This document shows positions 1 through 12,336 of a stretch of DNA of 64,000 nucleotides, in pieces. The notes under the pieces were generated by a model. It was given only the letters and a program-made list of their open reading frames with translations, searched no databases and had not been told where the DNA came from. This stretch comes from Heptranchias perlo. Its lineage: Eukaryota. Numbering within the stretch: the stretch's first letter is position 1; every line of letters begins with the position of its first letter. The stretch is from assembly GCF_035084215.1 (NCBI RefSeq), contig NC_090348.1:35898001-35962000 (forward strand), given 5' to 3'. Position numbers and translations under genes: made by a program.

Positions 1-160
1 AGGATGGTCTTAAAGGAGGAGGGAGGGAATTGCAGAGCTTAGGGCCTACACAGCTGAAGGTACAGCCGCCAATGAAGGGAGTGAAGGGATTTTGGGACAC
101 AGAAGTACCTAAACTCTCCCATCACGGCATCTGAACATAGTGGAAATAACCACAGTTCAC

Positions 161-365
161 TCATAGAATGATACAGCACAGCAGGAGGCTATGCGGCCCA
201 TTGTGCCCGTGCCAGCCCTTTGAAAGAGCTATCCAATTAATCCCAGTCCCCTGCCCTTTCCCCACAACCCTGCAAATGTTTCCCCTTCAAGTATTTATCC
301 AGTTCCCTTCTGAAAGTTATTACTGAATCTGCTTCCACCGCCCTTTCAGGCAATGCGTTCCAGAC
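161..365 (-). mobile_element. CR1 3' fragment (an L2 fragment lies at about 1-110)
   Basis: tcatagaatgatacagcacagcaggaggc, reverse-complement CR1 tail. Confidence 0.7.
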
Positions 366-434
366 CGCTTATCCTGTGCAATAAGCACTAAAAGCGCGCT
401 GCAGGAACCATACATGGGGGGGGGTGTCACTCAC

Positions 435-508
435 CTCTTAATGGTGTACTTCTTAAAGAGCGGGTACCACACCGACAACTGACACCTCAGTACCTGCTCC
501 TTCTTCAT
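435..508 (-). CDS. CDC123: CDC123 coding exon 1 (gene continues beyond the left edge of the window)
   Basis: Reverse complement reads ATG..MKKEQVLRCQLSVWYPLFKKYTIK+AG followed by donor gtgagt; resembles the CDC123 N-terminus (MKKEHVLHCQFSAWYP); head-to-head with NUDT5 as in human. Confidence 0.92.
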
Positions 509-860
509 TCTCACTGACGCAGCTCAACTTCCCTCCGTCGGAAGTGTCCGGCTCTCAAACCATTCCCCCCAGTCCGCGTGAGAGGATGGGTGGGGGAGGC
601 AGAAAAACGCCTCACCGCCGGAGAACGAGGCATCGTCGCCAGTGAAAAGTTCCGAGGTGTCTTGTATTTTATTCTTTTCGATCATTCTTACTGTATCCTC
701 TCAGTTATTGATACAGTACCAGTTTATATTTAGTTTTTAAAAATCACGTTTTTTTATTTAATAAAATAGAGGGGATTCAAATAATTTGACGATTTTTTTT
801 ATATGCCGGGTCATCAACGGCAGAGCCAAAAGAAAAAGCGCGAGTGGCAGGTATGCAGTG
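509..860. promoter_or_regulatory. CpG-enriched bidirectional promoter and probable non-coding first exon of NUDT5
   Basis: Local CpG enrichment between divergent CDC123 and NUDT5; ETS-type CGGAAGTG at 539-546; candidate + strand donor CAG|gtatgc at 850/851. Confidence 0.6.
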
Positions 861-3604
861 GGACAGGCTGTGTGTGAAATTTTAATTTAATTTTTAAATC
901 GTTAATCATTATTTTTTTTACAATGTCTAGCGCTGTTATTACGGGAGGAGGGGGAATAGTTTCACTTCTTGTTAATTTCACGGAAATCTCCCCTTCAAGT
1001 TCCTTAAGGCTTAGTTTGACGTAAGAGAAGAAGTGACGGTTTAAGGGAGAATTGATTTATTATTATAATTATTAATCGCAAATTATTTAAATTATAGATC
1101 AGTTTTCTCTACCTTGTTAATTTTATTGTCATTGTGGATGTTGGATCTGTATAATGCATTCAGTTAATATATACATATTCTCTAGAGGAAAAATAAACCC
1201 CTAGGTGTGTTCAATTAGTCTTTTGTGTCAGACTTGCCTTTTGTTCAGATTGTTTTTATGGTATTTAAATTCTCTATTTTCTTTTCAATCGCACTCAATT
1301 CAATTTTTGCTTAAACTTCAGTGTTTTAAAGACTGTCATTTTTGGCCTTAGAATTCTATTTAATAATATTCATATTATCACATCAAAAAACTTCAAACTG
1401 TGAAGTGCAGTGCCTCTTATCCAGCCATGAACATCTGGCAAATAGCAATAAGATGTATGATTAATCAATCTTTCTATGGTGTTGTTTGGTTGAGGGAGGA
1501 ATGTTGGCCAGGAATGTGGGAAAATGCCCTGCTCTTTGAAGAGTGCCCTAGGATCTTTGACATTCATGAGGACAGGTAGAGGGTACTTTGGTTCATTGTA
1601 TCATTGAAGTGATGGCACGTTGTCAGACAATGCAGTTTTGTGCTAAAATGTCAGCCTAGTTTCTAAACTCAAACCTCAGTGTAGGGCCCAATCTTACAAT
1701 GTTCTGATTGTGAAACAAGAACTGAGCCAAGGAGACACACAAATAAATATGTTCTTCATTACTTTGAGGCTTGGCTTCTCTAATTTTCCCCTCGCTGGAC
1801 TTTTCCATGTAAGCCTTTCGACCTCAATCTTCCACATATTACAACTCATCCCGAACTCCACAATCCATTCCCTCATCCACAGAAAGTCACATGGCTGTCG
1901 ACCATTGGCTCACCATGCCCTAGCAAATTGGCTTCAAGATATTCATCCTTGACCAAGATTTTTAAATCCCTTCATGTCACATCTTAGTAATCTTCTCCAG
2001 CCTCCTCTTGTGTGCACCTTTTGCTCTTTGCCCCCACTCCATTATTAGTGGCCACTCTTTCAGTGACTTTGCTCCTGTCTTCTAGAATTCCCTCCCCTTT
2101 ATCCCACCATCAAAAACCTTCTCAGAACTTTTCCATTTGACCATACCTTTATTCTCCCACCTACCTTCTCCATTTTACTTATTTCTCCTACTTGGCATCT
2201 ACTGGTTTCACTCCTCAATGTAAAGTGTTTCCTGTAGGTGAGAGCACCATAGAAATACAAAGTGTAGTTTTTAAGAGTACGCATACAATCCAGCTTTACA
2301 AGACATTTATCACATCTAAGTAACTGTTGTATCTTGTATCACTCCTCTCCATTTTATATTTAGATATGCTAATATTTTCCTGTTCTCTTGATGACTAATG
2401 CTGTTTCATGGTTTCGGGGGTGCAGACCACCCTCCTTGTAGCATTTCTTCACGTCTGAGTTCAGATAATGAGTGTCAACAGGCTAATCAACCAAGAGGGG
2501 CATTGGAGATGAGGCTAAACCTGTCTTCACCTGATAGCCATAGATGCATACTTTCCATTGAGTTGTGGAGGGAGGATTTCCCCCTTTCCCTTAGTGAATA
2601 ATTGTAGATTCTCATTACTGCCTTTGCTGAGATTCCTTCTCATGAGTGCAAATGCAACCCCTGCTGAAAAGAAAGTGTATGTACGTGAATGTCAAGCCTT
2701 CTGACACTCCCTGTCTAAGCTCTCATCTAAAGCTTAGCCACTTGAGCAAGAAACCAGATGGCTGCTAGTGCCTGTGGAACCATGATGTACTTGCCTTCAT
2801 GTAAAATAAGCATCACACTGATTCATTAAAGGGTAGTCTTTATTATGCTCGAATTCTAACAACAAAAATAAGGTCTAATATCAAAAGTAAGAATGTAAAG
2901 CCATATGTGATGGAAATCAAAAAAAGATTCTGTTTCAGCTACTGAGTGAACCTTTACCCCTTATTTATTGTCATAAATGTTTAGAAAGAAAATCTGGGTT
3001 TAGCATGTGGATCATATTTTAATGGGTATGTAAAGCTGATGAGTTTGAATCTTTTTAGTATTAAGTATGACCACCAACTGCAACAATGGTGCTTAAGTTT
3101 ACTTGAACTTACCTGCTTCAACTTGGATGAGTTAGTCTTTTCTGTTTTGAGGTGTGCGATGATTCATCAATTGACAACACAGTTTTCTGTCATTTTGGGT
3201 GAAAATCTGAGGATGTTACTGTCCAGCTAGCCCCACTTGAATAGTGTTGCTGATTGATTATATGGATTTTTGTTAATGGCTTTAATAAAGCCCACAACTC
3301 AAACTGCCTGCTTTCTGAGCTGGAGGAGGTTTGGAGGCGAGAGTAGAGACTGATCTGGAGATATCTTTTAATGTTTATTTTCTGTGACATTTGTGAATTC
3401 TTTGATGCTGACGAACATTACTCTTTTCTGTTTACTTTGTAGATTGAGAAAACTTTGGGGAGAAAACTGAGCCTTTACGGTGTAAAAAGCTCTGGTTCAA
3501 ACTCCATAAAAAGAGCAATAGGTCACTAATTCTGAGTCCATTTGGTTTGCTTTCATTGTGCAAATAGCAAAGTTAAATATCAACTTCAGGAACCATCAGC
3601 AAAC

Positions 3605-3649
3605 ATGGATCCAAATAATTCTTCTAACCAAACAATCATCAAAGAAGAG
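3605..3649 (+). CDS. NUDT5: NUDT5 (ADP-sugar pyrophosphatase) first coding exon, MDPNNSSNQTIIKEE
   Basis: aacATGG Kozak context; ends IIKEE|gtaac in phase 0, like human IISEE; joins next exon in frame. Confidence 0.8.
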
Positions 3650-4384
3650 GTAACAATGTGTTAAAATTGCATTGTACTCTAATCTTATACGTAATTAGTG
3701 GGTTAAAGCTGCATGCAAAAAGAAAGAAAAATTTGTGTGTGGTAGTAAGTTTTGTTCTTTTTCTTTGCAACAGAACTACAATTCCAGTCTTCTCAGTTAA
3801 CATGTAAGTCCTTGCACAATTCAACAAAGTTGACACCATACCTATCTGAGATTTTATTTGTTGAGAAACCTTGGAGATGGGGCCAGGCCCCGTAGTGCAG
3901 GACACCATAAGGATGGCAGAATAAGTCAAGAAATAGTGACTAGGCGATGGTCTGCTGGGGTTTTTTAAAATATGTAGATTCTATGAAAATGAAGACTGAA
4001 GGAGATAAGGCCGTAAAGAATGAGTTAGGGCACTTTTTTGCATTGACACTTCTTTACTTTAGATAGTGGGAAAACAGCATCTGTGCTCTGGTTGCCTGGT
4101 TTTATATCGTTACAACTGGCTCCTTTATTCCAAAAGCAAAATTGTAGACCCACAAAATTGTGAGTCTACAATTCAGCCATCAGGATAAGGGAGCTATGTT
4201 TTGTAATATTAAAGCAGGGAGCCAACTTGTGATGCCACTCTCCTGCAATCCAAATTAAACAAGCACCAATGTAAAAGTACCTTTTAAAGTTCTGATAACT
4301 TGATGTGATTGGCAGTTAATTGAGGAACTTAATTTTTTTCTTTCTCTTGACAGAGTTGTCGTTTTGTGCACCCTTGGGTGAAAG

Positions 4385-4820
4385 TTAGAAAGTAAGAAAG
4401 ACTCATGAGGTCCCAAAGTGCTGTACAACCAATGAAGTACTTTTGAAGTGTAGTCACTGTTGTAATATAGGAAAGATGGCAGCCAATTTGCACACACCAA
4501 GGTCCCATAAACAGCAATGAGATAATGACAAGATAATCTGCTTGTGTTGTAGGTTGAGGGATAAACATTGGCCAAGACACTGGGAAGAACTCACCTGCTC
4601 TTCTTCAAATAGTCCCATGGAATCTTTAGCGTTCACCTGAGAGGGCAGACGGGGCCTCGGTTTAATGTCTGATCCGAAAAATGGCACCTCCGACAGTGCA
4701 GCACTCCCTCAGTAACTGCACTGAAGTGTCAGCCTAGATTTTGTTCTCAAGTCTCTGGAATGGGGCTTGAACCCACAACTTTCTGACTCAAAGGCGAGAG
4801 TGCTACCACTGAGCCACAGC
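4385..4820 (-). mobile_element. tRNA-derived DeuSINE (SacSINE1/AmnSINE1-like); further partial copies near 1440-1740, 9925-10035, 16370-16630(+), 23020-23165, 56640-56910, 60300-60590, 61160-61275
   Basis: A box TGGCTCAGTGG, B box GGTTCAAGCCC; Deu-domain-like gagggagtgctgcactgtcggaggtgcc. Confidence 0.75.
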
Positions 4821-5419
4821 ACAGAAAAATATTTGGAGAGACAAACCGACCAGTAACCTGTGTCTGAAAGAAAGAGAAGAAATTGAAATTTGTGATGATG
4901 TGTAAGCTACTAAGAATATATTGGGTTTCATTTGATGCTGTGTTTCTGTTTAAATTCTATTTGGAGTAATATATTGCAATGCTTGGTGGTGTTACAGGAC
5001 TTCCTAAAGATATTTGTCATAATATGACTTAAACATTTCAGAGTAATTTGCCCTACCTTGCCCAAGTGGTCATTATTATTCATGTGTAAGCCTGGACGGT
5101 GGGCATCAGCATAGCATTCAATTGCATAGGCATCACCCCCCGAGAATGATCCTTTCCTTACCTGACATTCATGGTCATGCAATTCTAACAGGGACACTAG
5201 CTGTGTTTTTTTTCTCCCCTACTTAACTGAGAAGCACTGAGGCCAAGTTTAGCACTCCTGCCACTGCCCCAGGTGAAATCAGTTAACTGCACAGACCAGG
5301 GATCAACCTGGGCTCTTCCTGAACTCTAGGGCTCAGCTATTTGCTGGATAAAGTCAGTGAGCCATCAGTGGAGCTGTATTAATTTTGTTATGTTGAATAT
5401 TCTATTAATTCATTTCTAG

Positions 5420-5487
5420 GTACTGGCAAAAGGCAAATGGGCTCAACTTTTACAGACAACCTACGTAGATCCTACTGGCAAAACCAG
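5420..5487 (+). CDS. NUDT5: NUDT5 coding exon 2, VLAKGKWAQLLQTTYVDPTGKTR
   Basis: tag|...|gtacag, 68 nt; GKW..TTY.DPTGKTR motif. Confidence 0.95.
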
Positions 5488-5859
5488 GTACAGACTTACA
5501 CAGTGAAAAATCCAATTTTCTTGAGCTATTCCGCCACCACTTAGTAAAGAATTTTACTAGCTACCGGATGAAATATCTCATCCTACAGGATCGGGATCTT
5601 GATGGGAGGGTTAAAAACAATATGGCTGGGAAGGAAATGTAGCAAAATTATGTTGTAGAAACACTTGTTGGAAAACCCATTAACCGTAGGATAATTCATA
5701 GCATCTGAACGGGAGCTCTGCACTCCTATAGCCACACGGCTCAGAGCATAACATCATTTCCTAGTAATCTGTAAGATCATAGGTGGTACGGATGTAATTT
5801 GCATAAAAGGAGCACATTCAAGAATCCTTCTATTATATTTTTATCCTATCTGTAACCTA

Positions 5860-6172
5860 TTCCAGTGCTACAACCCTTCCCCCAAGAACTCTCCATTCCT
5901 CCGACTCTGACCTTGTGGATCCCCCCTCTTCACCCCACCATTGGTGGCCATGCCTTCAGCCATCTAGACCCATGCTCTGGAATTCCTAAATCTCCCTTCT
6001 TTCCATCTCACTCTCTTCATTTAAGGCCTCCTTAAAGCCCACCTCTTTGACCAAGCTTCTGGTCACCCCTCCTAATATGTGGCATGGCATCCTCTTTTGT
6101 TTGATTATGCCTCAGTGAAGCACCTTGGGAGATTTTTCTATGTTAAAGGTGCGATATAAATGCAAGTTGTTA
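5860..6172 (+). mobile_element. L2 3' end
   Basis: Ends gttaaaggtgcgatataaatgcaagttgtt. Confidence 0.7.
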
Positions 6173-6207
6173 TTTTAGTAGTGTTTTTTTTTATTTTGTT
6201 AAAACAG

Positions 6208-6260
6208 GGTTTGGGAAACAGTGAAAAGAACAACCAGAAAACAAAATAGTAAATCTGATG
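6208..6260 (+). CDS. NUDT5: NUDT5 coding exon 3, VWETVKRTTRKQNSKSD
   Basis: cag|...|gtaagt, 53 nt; WE.VKRTTRK motif. Confidence 0.95.
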
Positions 6261-7475
6261 GTAAGTTAGCAAGTAAAATTCTCAGAACTTTATTGCCCAT
6301 GTCTATTTTTTGCTCTGTTCCTGCTTTTCCTGTGAGAATGCAATTTGGCCATCGTCAAAAATATTCTGCTCGGTGATTGGTTACACTTGGAGAGTAAATC
6401 GTTCGTGAAGGCCCAAACTGGCTCTGAAGTGGAGTGAGAGTCAGTGCTTCATTACACTTTGTTATGGTGTCAGGTTGAGTGCTGACACCAGATTCAGGTT
6501 GCATTTACACTAACGCTACAGATGCGATAGTATTGGCTCTAAAGTTGCTGCACCCAGAAAAAAACATATGTATCAAGCATTTCCATGTCAGTTTTGACAT
6601 GTATCTGGTTAAATGCAGAGATAGTGTGGTCTGGTAACTCTAGTTACAGTATTGGAGTGCCATTCAGCGATCCAAATGTTTAATTTCAATGTCTGGCTAT
6701 TTGAATTTGGCTATGTACTGTGGGTGAGTTTTGCTGGTACTCAGCCACACCATCCAATGAAATGACTCGCTGGTAGAATCTGACTTGAGGAACAAAAAAA
6801 AAGTCACCTGGAGCCCTATCTTATCTCACTAAGAATCTTTCTTCTTTGGCCAGCATGGAGAAATTATAGATTGACCTTTTCCCCCTGGTTGAAGGAGGAC
6901 TGCATGGAGATGTAATTGCAACAAAAACCTGAATACTAAAGTGAATTGAACATCCTAGCTACATTATCCCAAGTGCTGTTATTACCCACTGCAACAATAC
7001 AAAGGTTTCCACTCCAAGGTTAACCCTTGGAATCTTTATTTGTGACACTGATTTAATAGCCTGTTGAGTATTGAGGAGATTACACATATTGCTGTATCTA
7101 CCAAACCCCTTCCCTGTTCCCATGTTCAAACTGCAATTTCGGAGCTAACAGCAGGTGAAAACTTGACTGCTGCCTGTTTTTCCTCATCTGTTTAAGAGCA
7201 GCTACTGTTGGATGTACCCTTGAAAATAAAAATAGTTGTCTGAACAGCTATCGGTCTTGTGTTATTGATGATCCAAGGAGGTTAATCTCCATTAAATCTA
7301 TCCCAGATTTAATTTAAAAATCTATTAGTTTGAGAAAATCAATACCTGTAGTTAGCTTACAAGGCACTGGATTGACCATATATTAGTGCATCTGCCAGTC
7401 TTCCAAATGTAGTAACCTCAGTTTGTAACTTTGAAAGCCAGAATTTTAATATATCTTTCTTTTGCTGATGTTTAG

Positions 7476-7583
7476 GAGTAGCTGTACTAGCCGTGCTAAA
7501 AAAAACTCTGCATTATGACTGTTTGATCATGGTGAAACAATTCAGGCCACCTATGGGTTGCTACTGCCTGGAACTTCCAGCAG
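7476..7583 (+). CDS. NUDT5: NUDT5 coding exon 4, [36 protein letters not shown]
   Basis: tag|...|gtgat, 108 nt; KQFRPPMG motif. Confidence 0.96.
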
Positions 7584-8594
7584 GTGATGTAGTAGGTGTT
7601 TACTTGCATGTATTAAGATAATGTTCTTTTTAACAACAATGGCTGGGAGAGGGGTGTGGGAATACGACTCATGTCACAAATATAGTAATGTTTTTCCAAA
7701 TTTCCTGCTAATTTTTATTGTCTTTCCAATAAGGAGTGGAAGCTTTCCTTTTTCTTGTATTCTGCCTTTTATTTCCAAGTTTTGTTCACTCCTTTTCCAG
7801 CATGGATAATGGATGAGCGCCACATAGTTCCCACAGTTTCTGATGCAAGTTCCATGCTACAAAGTAGCCAGAAATACAGTGCACATAAATTAAGCAGAAT
7901 TGATGGAGGTGAAAATTGCCCTAATTTGACATTCTTGCTTAGAAACTAAAGAGCCGGCACAGATACGTTGGACTGAATGACCTCTTCTGTGCTATAAACA
8001 ATGATTCTAAAGGTCATGGGATTGCATGAGTTAGAAAATGTCATGCTGATTTATTGGAAGGTGCTTATTTGAGATTGGAATAGAGTTGGCATTGCTCTGC
8101 ATCTGATTGCAGTGCCTGATGTTAACACTCGGTGCCTGCAATGGGAAAGTGTTCTTCATGAGCACTGACATTCTTCACCTGGGACATAAAAAGTAATGTG
8201 AAAGATGACTTGTTGGGGGTGGGGGGAACCTGACATTTATCATTCACTGTGCTGTTTTAGAAGGTTGACGTCCAGTGTGAGATGGTCAGTAGATTTTTTT
8301 TTGAAGGAGAATTGATTCCAGTTTTGTATTAAATGGTACGAGAATTCCAAATTGGTCCTCCTCAGAAACCATAAAAGCTTTGGTAATTTTAGTTTTAAAA
8401 ATCTCAGGAATAAGTCAGTATGAATGGAACACCACATCAGCATGATGTATTTGATATAATTGATCAATTTTATAATATTTCATAGGGAATTAAGATATTT
8501 GGCAACATTACAGGACAGTGTTTGCGTTATGTTTGGTTAAACCATATGCACTGTTTAGGGGTTATAATTGTGTGTTCATATGTTTTACTCTCAG

Positions 8595-8690
8595 GTCTCA
8601 TAGATGATGGTGAAACTGCTGAAGTTGCTGCTTTACGAGAGCTTTTGGAAGAAACTGGATACAAAGGGGAGATCAGTGGAACATCTCCAG
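8595..8690 (+). CDS. NUDT5: NUDT5 coding exon 5 containing the Nudix box
   Basis: cag|...|gtttg, 96 nt; [23 protein letters not shown] fits GX5EX7REUXEEXGU. Confidence 0.97.
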
Positions 8691-8736
8691 GTTTGAAATC
8701 AGAAGTGACTTTTAGATGTACAATGAATTCAATAGA

Positions 8737-9085
8737 AACATAGAAAATTTACGGCACAGAAGGAGGCCATATGGCCTATCATGTCCGTGCTGGTTGAGAA
8801 AGAGCTACCCAGCCTAATCCTACTTTCCAGTACTTGGTCCATAGCCTTGTAGGTTATGGCATATCCAAGTACTTTTTAAATGTGATGAGGGTTTCTGCCT
8901 CTACCACCCTTTCAGGTAGTGAGTTCCAGACCCCTACCATCCTCTGGGTCAAAAAATCTTTCCTCAGCTCCTCTTTAATCCTTCTACCAATTACTTTAAA
9001 TTTATGCCCCTGGTTATTGACCTCTCTGCTAAGGGAAATAGATCCTTCCTGTCCACTCTATCTAGGCCCTTCATAATTTTATACA
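8737..9085 (-). mobile_element. CR1 3' fragment
   Basis: aacatagaaaatttacggcacagaaggaggcc, reverse-complement CR1 tail. Confidence 0.75.
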
Positions 9086-9773
9086 CCTGAATTAATGCCT
9101 CCCAATCTCACCTATTTTTCATTGGGTTGCAGCCCTGTTGTCCTTTCTGAATGGAGTAAAAATTAGATGAAAAAGTTTCCAAAGATTATTACATTTTAAC
9201 TAAGTATGTTACAAAGAATTTTTTCAGTGACTTTTTGAAGCATAATGGAGAGGGAGTACATCAGTCTTTTTAAAAGGGAACATGACAAGTTCTTGCAAGG
9301 AAGATACTTCCCAATTATAGAGGGTATGTTTCTCTTTAATTATGATTAGGAGTAGTTCTGAGCTGCTGCCAACTCCTGGAGCTTGCTAGATTGTCGTAAG
9401 CAGTCAGAGAGGAATTTCTCAATCTTTTTCCTGGAATTGGTCACAGTTTTTTTTCTCTTTGATGTACGTGTTTGCACCATGTCTGGATAAGATGGGCCTG
9501 ATAGTCTTTCCTCGCCCTTTTTGTAAGCAAATGAGCACTCTTGTGAAAAAACACTTGAAGCCTGCCCCTTAGGCTTACCTGGCCCAATATTGTGTTCTAT
9601 GATGCAGTTGGGATAGTGAGAAGTGTACCTTGCACCCTGCACATTCAGTAGGCAATTTTCAGTGCATTCAGAATGTACCTGTAAAAGAACTTTACATGGC
9701 TACACCATGTTAGGAAATTACATTTGAATTTCCGCAATTTTTAATGCAACTGTTGAATAATCTTTTCTTTCAG

Positions 9774-9875
9774 CTGTGTGTCTGGACCCTGGATTGACCA
9801 ACTGTACAATGCAGTATGTAACTGTTAATATTAATGGAGATGATTCAGAAAACCTCAAACCGAAACAGAGGCTGG
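9774..9875 (+). CDS. NUDT5: NUDT5 coding exon 6, [34 protein letters not shown]
   Basis: cag|...|gtaagt, 102 nt. Confidence 0.96.
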
Positions 9876-10323
9876 GTAAGTGGATAAGTGCTTATGGTTG
9901 TGTGACAGCTACAATTTTTAGTGTTGCTGCAGTACTCCCTCAGTACTGCACTGATGTGTTAGTCTAGATTGTGTATTCAACTCCTGGTGTGGGGCTTGAA
10001 CCCACAACCTTCTGACTCAGAGGCAAGAGTGCTAGAAACGTCCACTTGGCTCAGTTAATAACATTTTCAAAACAGTTGAAGTGAAGAAAAAAATCAGTGT
10101 GTAAGAAGTGAAACCAATGTATGAACACTCAAGCCTAAATTATTCTGTGTCCGTCTGAGGAATCCTATTTGATATAGAATGTCCTATAATGTTTAAAATG
10201 ATTTTGTAGTTATTTAGGTTCCATTGCATCAGGTATTACAGGCATACTAATTGTGTGGTTTGTGTGCTAATGTAAATCTATTAATTTCCACATGGATTAA
10301 TTAGAGCTCTTCTCACCTTTCAG

Positions 10324-10332
10324 ATGATGGAG
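10324..10332 (+). CDS. NUDT5: NUDT5 9-nt microexon (D-D-G)
   Basis: Pyrimidine tract ctcttctcacctttcag|ATGATGGAG|gtacgt; phase 1-1; gives DDGE, matching human GDGE. Confidence 0.88.
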
Positions 10333-10482
10333 GTACGTTTTCATTTACGATTACATACTTGGATGCCTGGCTTGGTTAAGTATGGATATAGGCTATCTCA
10401 TTCTTATTATGTTTGATTATTGTGATATATCAGATTGTTGCACAGTACATTATCTTCTGATTGAGACTTTTTATCTTCTCAG

Positions 10483-10536
10483 AATTTGTTGAAGTTATTT
10501 TAATTCCTATGAATGAACTTCGTAAGAAAATTGATG
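10483..10536 (+). CDS. NUDT5: NUDT5 coding exon 8, EFVEVILIPMNELRKKID
   Basis: cag|...|gtaaga, 54 nt. Confidence 0.95.
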
Positions 10537-11034
10537 GTAAGACCACTATATTCTTGTTCCTGTAATGTTAAGATTAGAATTTTTGGTTTATAACAAAATG
10601 TGAACAGGTGACCTGAGTAGTTTTTAACATTTTGCTTTTAGTAGCTACAACCATTTCCATATCTTGGCCAGTGTAACAACAAGAGCTGTTTTGTGCTAAA
10701 GGCAGATAAATGCTGTTGGCATGTGATTTTTGAATGCAATCATGTGCTATCACAATAACTGAGAACATCTCAGTGCAGCCACATTGCTATTTTTTCCCAA
10801 TTTTTGAAAAAAAATTATAAAAGCTGATAATGTCATCACACTTTTTACAGAACCCAAATGTTTTGCATTGGAATATTTACCCCAATTTGGATGATCATGT
10901 ATAAAAGTTAGAATGATAGCTGGGGGGGGGATGCTATTTCTCAACATGGTGAATTTGGGTCTCTGCCGTGCCCTTGTAGGATGATGCCAAACACTGATCA
11001 TAAGTGAGTAAGTTATGCTTCAGACCCCATATGA

Positions 11035-11523
11035 AGCACTGAAACCTCAGGAAGGATATAGTGGCCTTGATGAGGGTACAACGCAGATTCACCAGAATGT
11101 TACCAGGGATTAAAGGATTAAATCATGAGGACAGGTTGCATAAATCATATTCCCTTGAGTTTAGAAGTTTGAGGGGTAATCTAATTGAGGTCTTCAAAAT
11201 GATAAAAGGATTCAATAGGGGAGATACAGAGAAACTATTTCCTCAGGTGGGGGAGTCTTCAACGAGGAATTAATCTTAAAATTAGAGCCAGGCCATTTAG
11301 GAGTGAAATCAGGAAACATTTTTTCACACAAAAGGTAGTGTGGATGCTGGGTCAATTGAAATTTTCAAGACTCAGGTCAATAGATTTTTGTTAGGCGAAG
11401 GTATCAAGGGATATGGAGCACAAGTTGGTATTTGGAGTTGAGGTACAGATCAGCCATGACCTAATTGAATGGCGGAAGAGGCTTCATGGGCTGAATGGCC
11501 TACACCTCTTCCTATCTTCCTAT
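11035..11523 (+). mobile_element. CR1 3' fragment
   Basis: RVQRRFTRMLPG..LRGNLIEVFK. Confidence 0.8.
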
Positions 11524-12226
11524 TGTCCTATGATCCACCCTCAGAGAGAGAGAGAGAGTTACCTTCTAGTGGCTTGTTTTACAGGGGCTTTGACAGAAGC
11601 TTGGAATCAGGTGGTCTAAAGGGGACAAAATGGAGGGGTAAATATGTATCCAGGCAAAAAGGCGACACTCCTGCATGTGGAAATATAAAAGGGTCAGTGA
11701 AGTGCCACTTTTTCATGCAGACTTATGAATTGCCACTAGATCCCTTGCCTCTTGCAGTGTTGGACATATTTGCAGTGTTGAACATACTTGCATTTTTATG
11801 GAACAAGTAACATTTCTGTCTCAAAATACTGTCATCTCTGCTCATTGTGTTGGAGCAAGGATCTTTATTTTAGATATATATGAAAAATAATGATGCAATA
11901 TGCATAGATGTAGTAGCCAAGTGCCTCTTCCATATAAGAGATTAATTTGAAATACCGTAAAGCAATGTGAATTTTCAAACTAAATGCAAATAAGTGTGAA
12001 TGGCTAATTGAGTACAAAGTTTTAGATGCTTCTGAACTTGTATTACTACTTACTACAAGAAGTATTACCTTAAACAGTGGGCTTTTGTATGTAAATTTTT
12101 GCAGAAAACATATTGATGGCAGTCAGTAAAATCACGATATAGAATTCGAGTTATAATCAGTCACTCGCATTCCATTATTGGTATAAAAAACTTTTCACAA
12201 ACATGGACTGAATATTTATTTTCTAG

Positions 12227-12336
12227 AAATGCTCCAAAAGGAAAATATTGTGGTGGATGCTCGAGTTTACATCTATGCAATGGGTTTGACACATGCGACT
12301 TCAAAGCCCGACATGTTACCTGTATTGAAGGCATAA
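12227..12336 (+). CDS. NUDT5: NUDT5 last coding exon, EMLQKENIVVDARVYIYAMGLTHATSKPDMLPVLKA*
   Basis: tag| acceptor, VDARVY motif, TAA at 12334-12336; total CDS 645 nt = 214 aa. Confidence 0.95.

Noticed and set aside
4755-4820. tRNA-like sequence with A and B boxes
   Set aside because: It is the head of a multi-copy SINE; no intact cloverleaf
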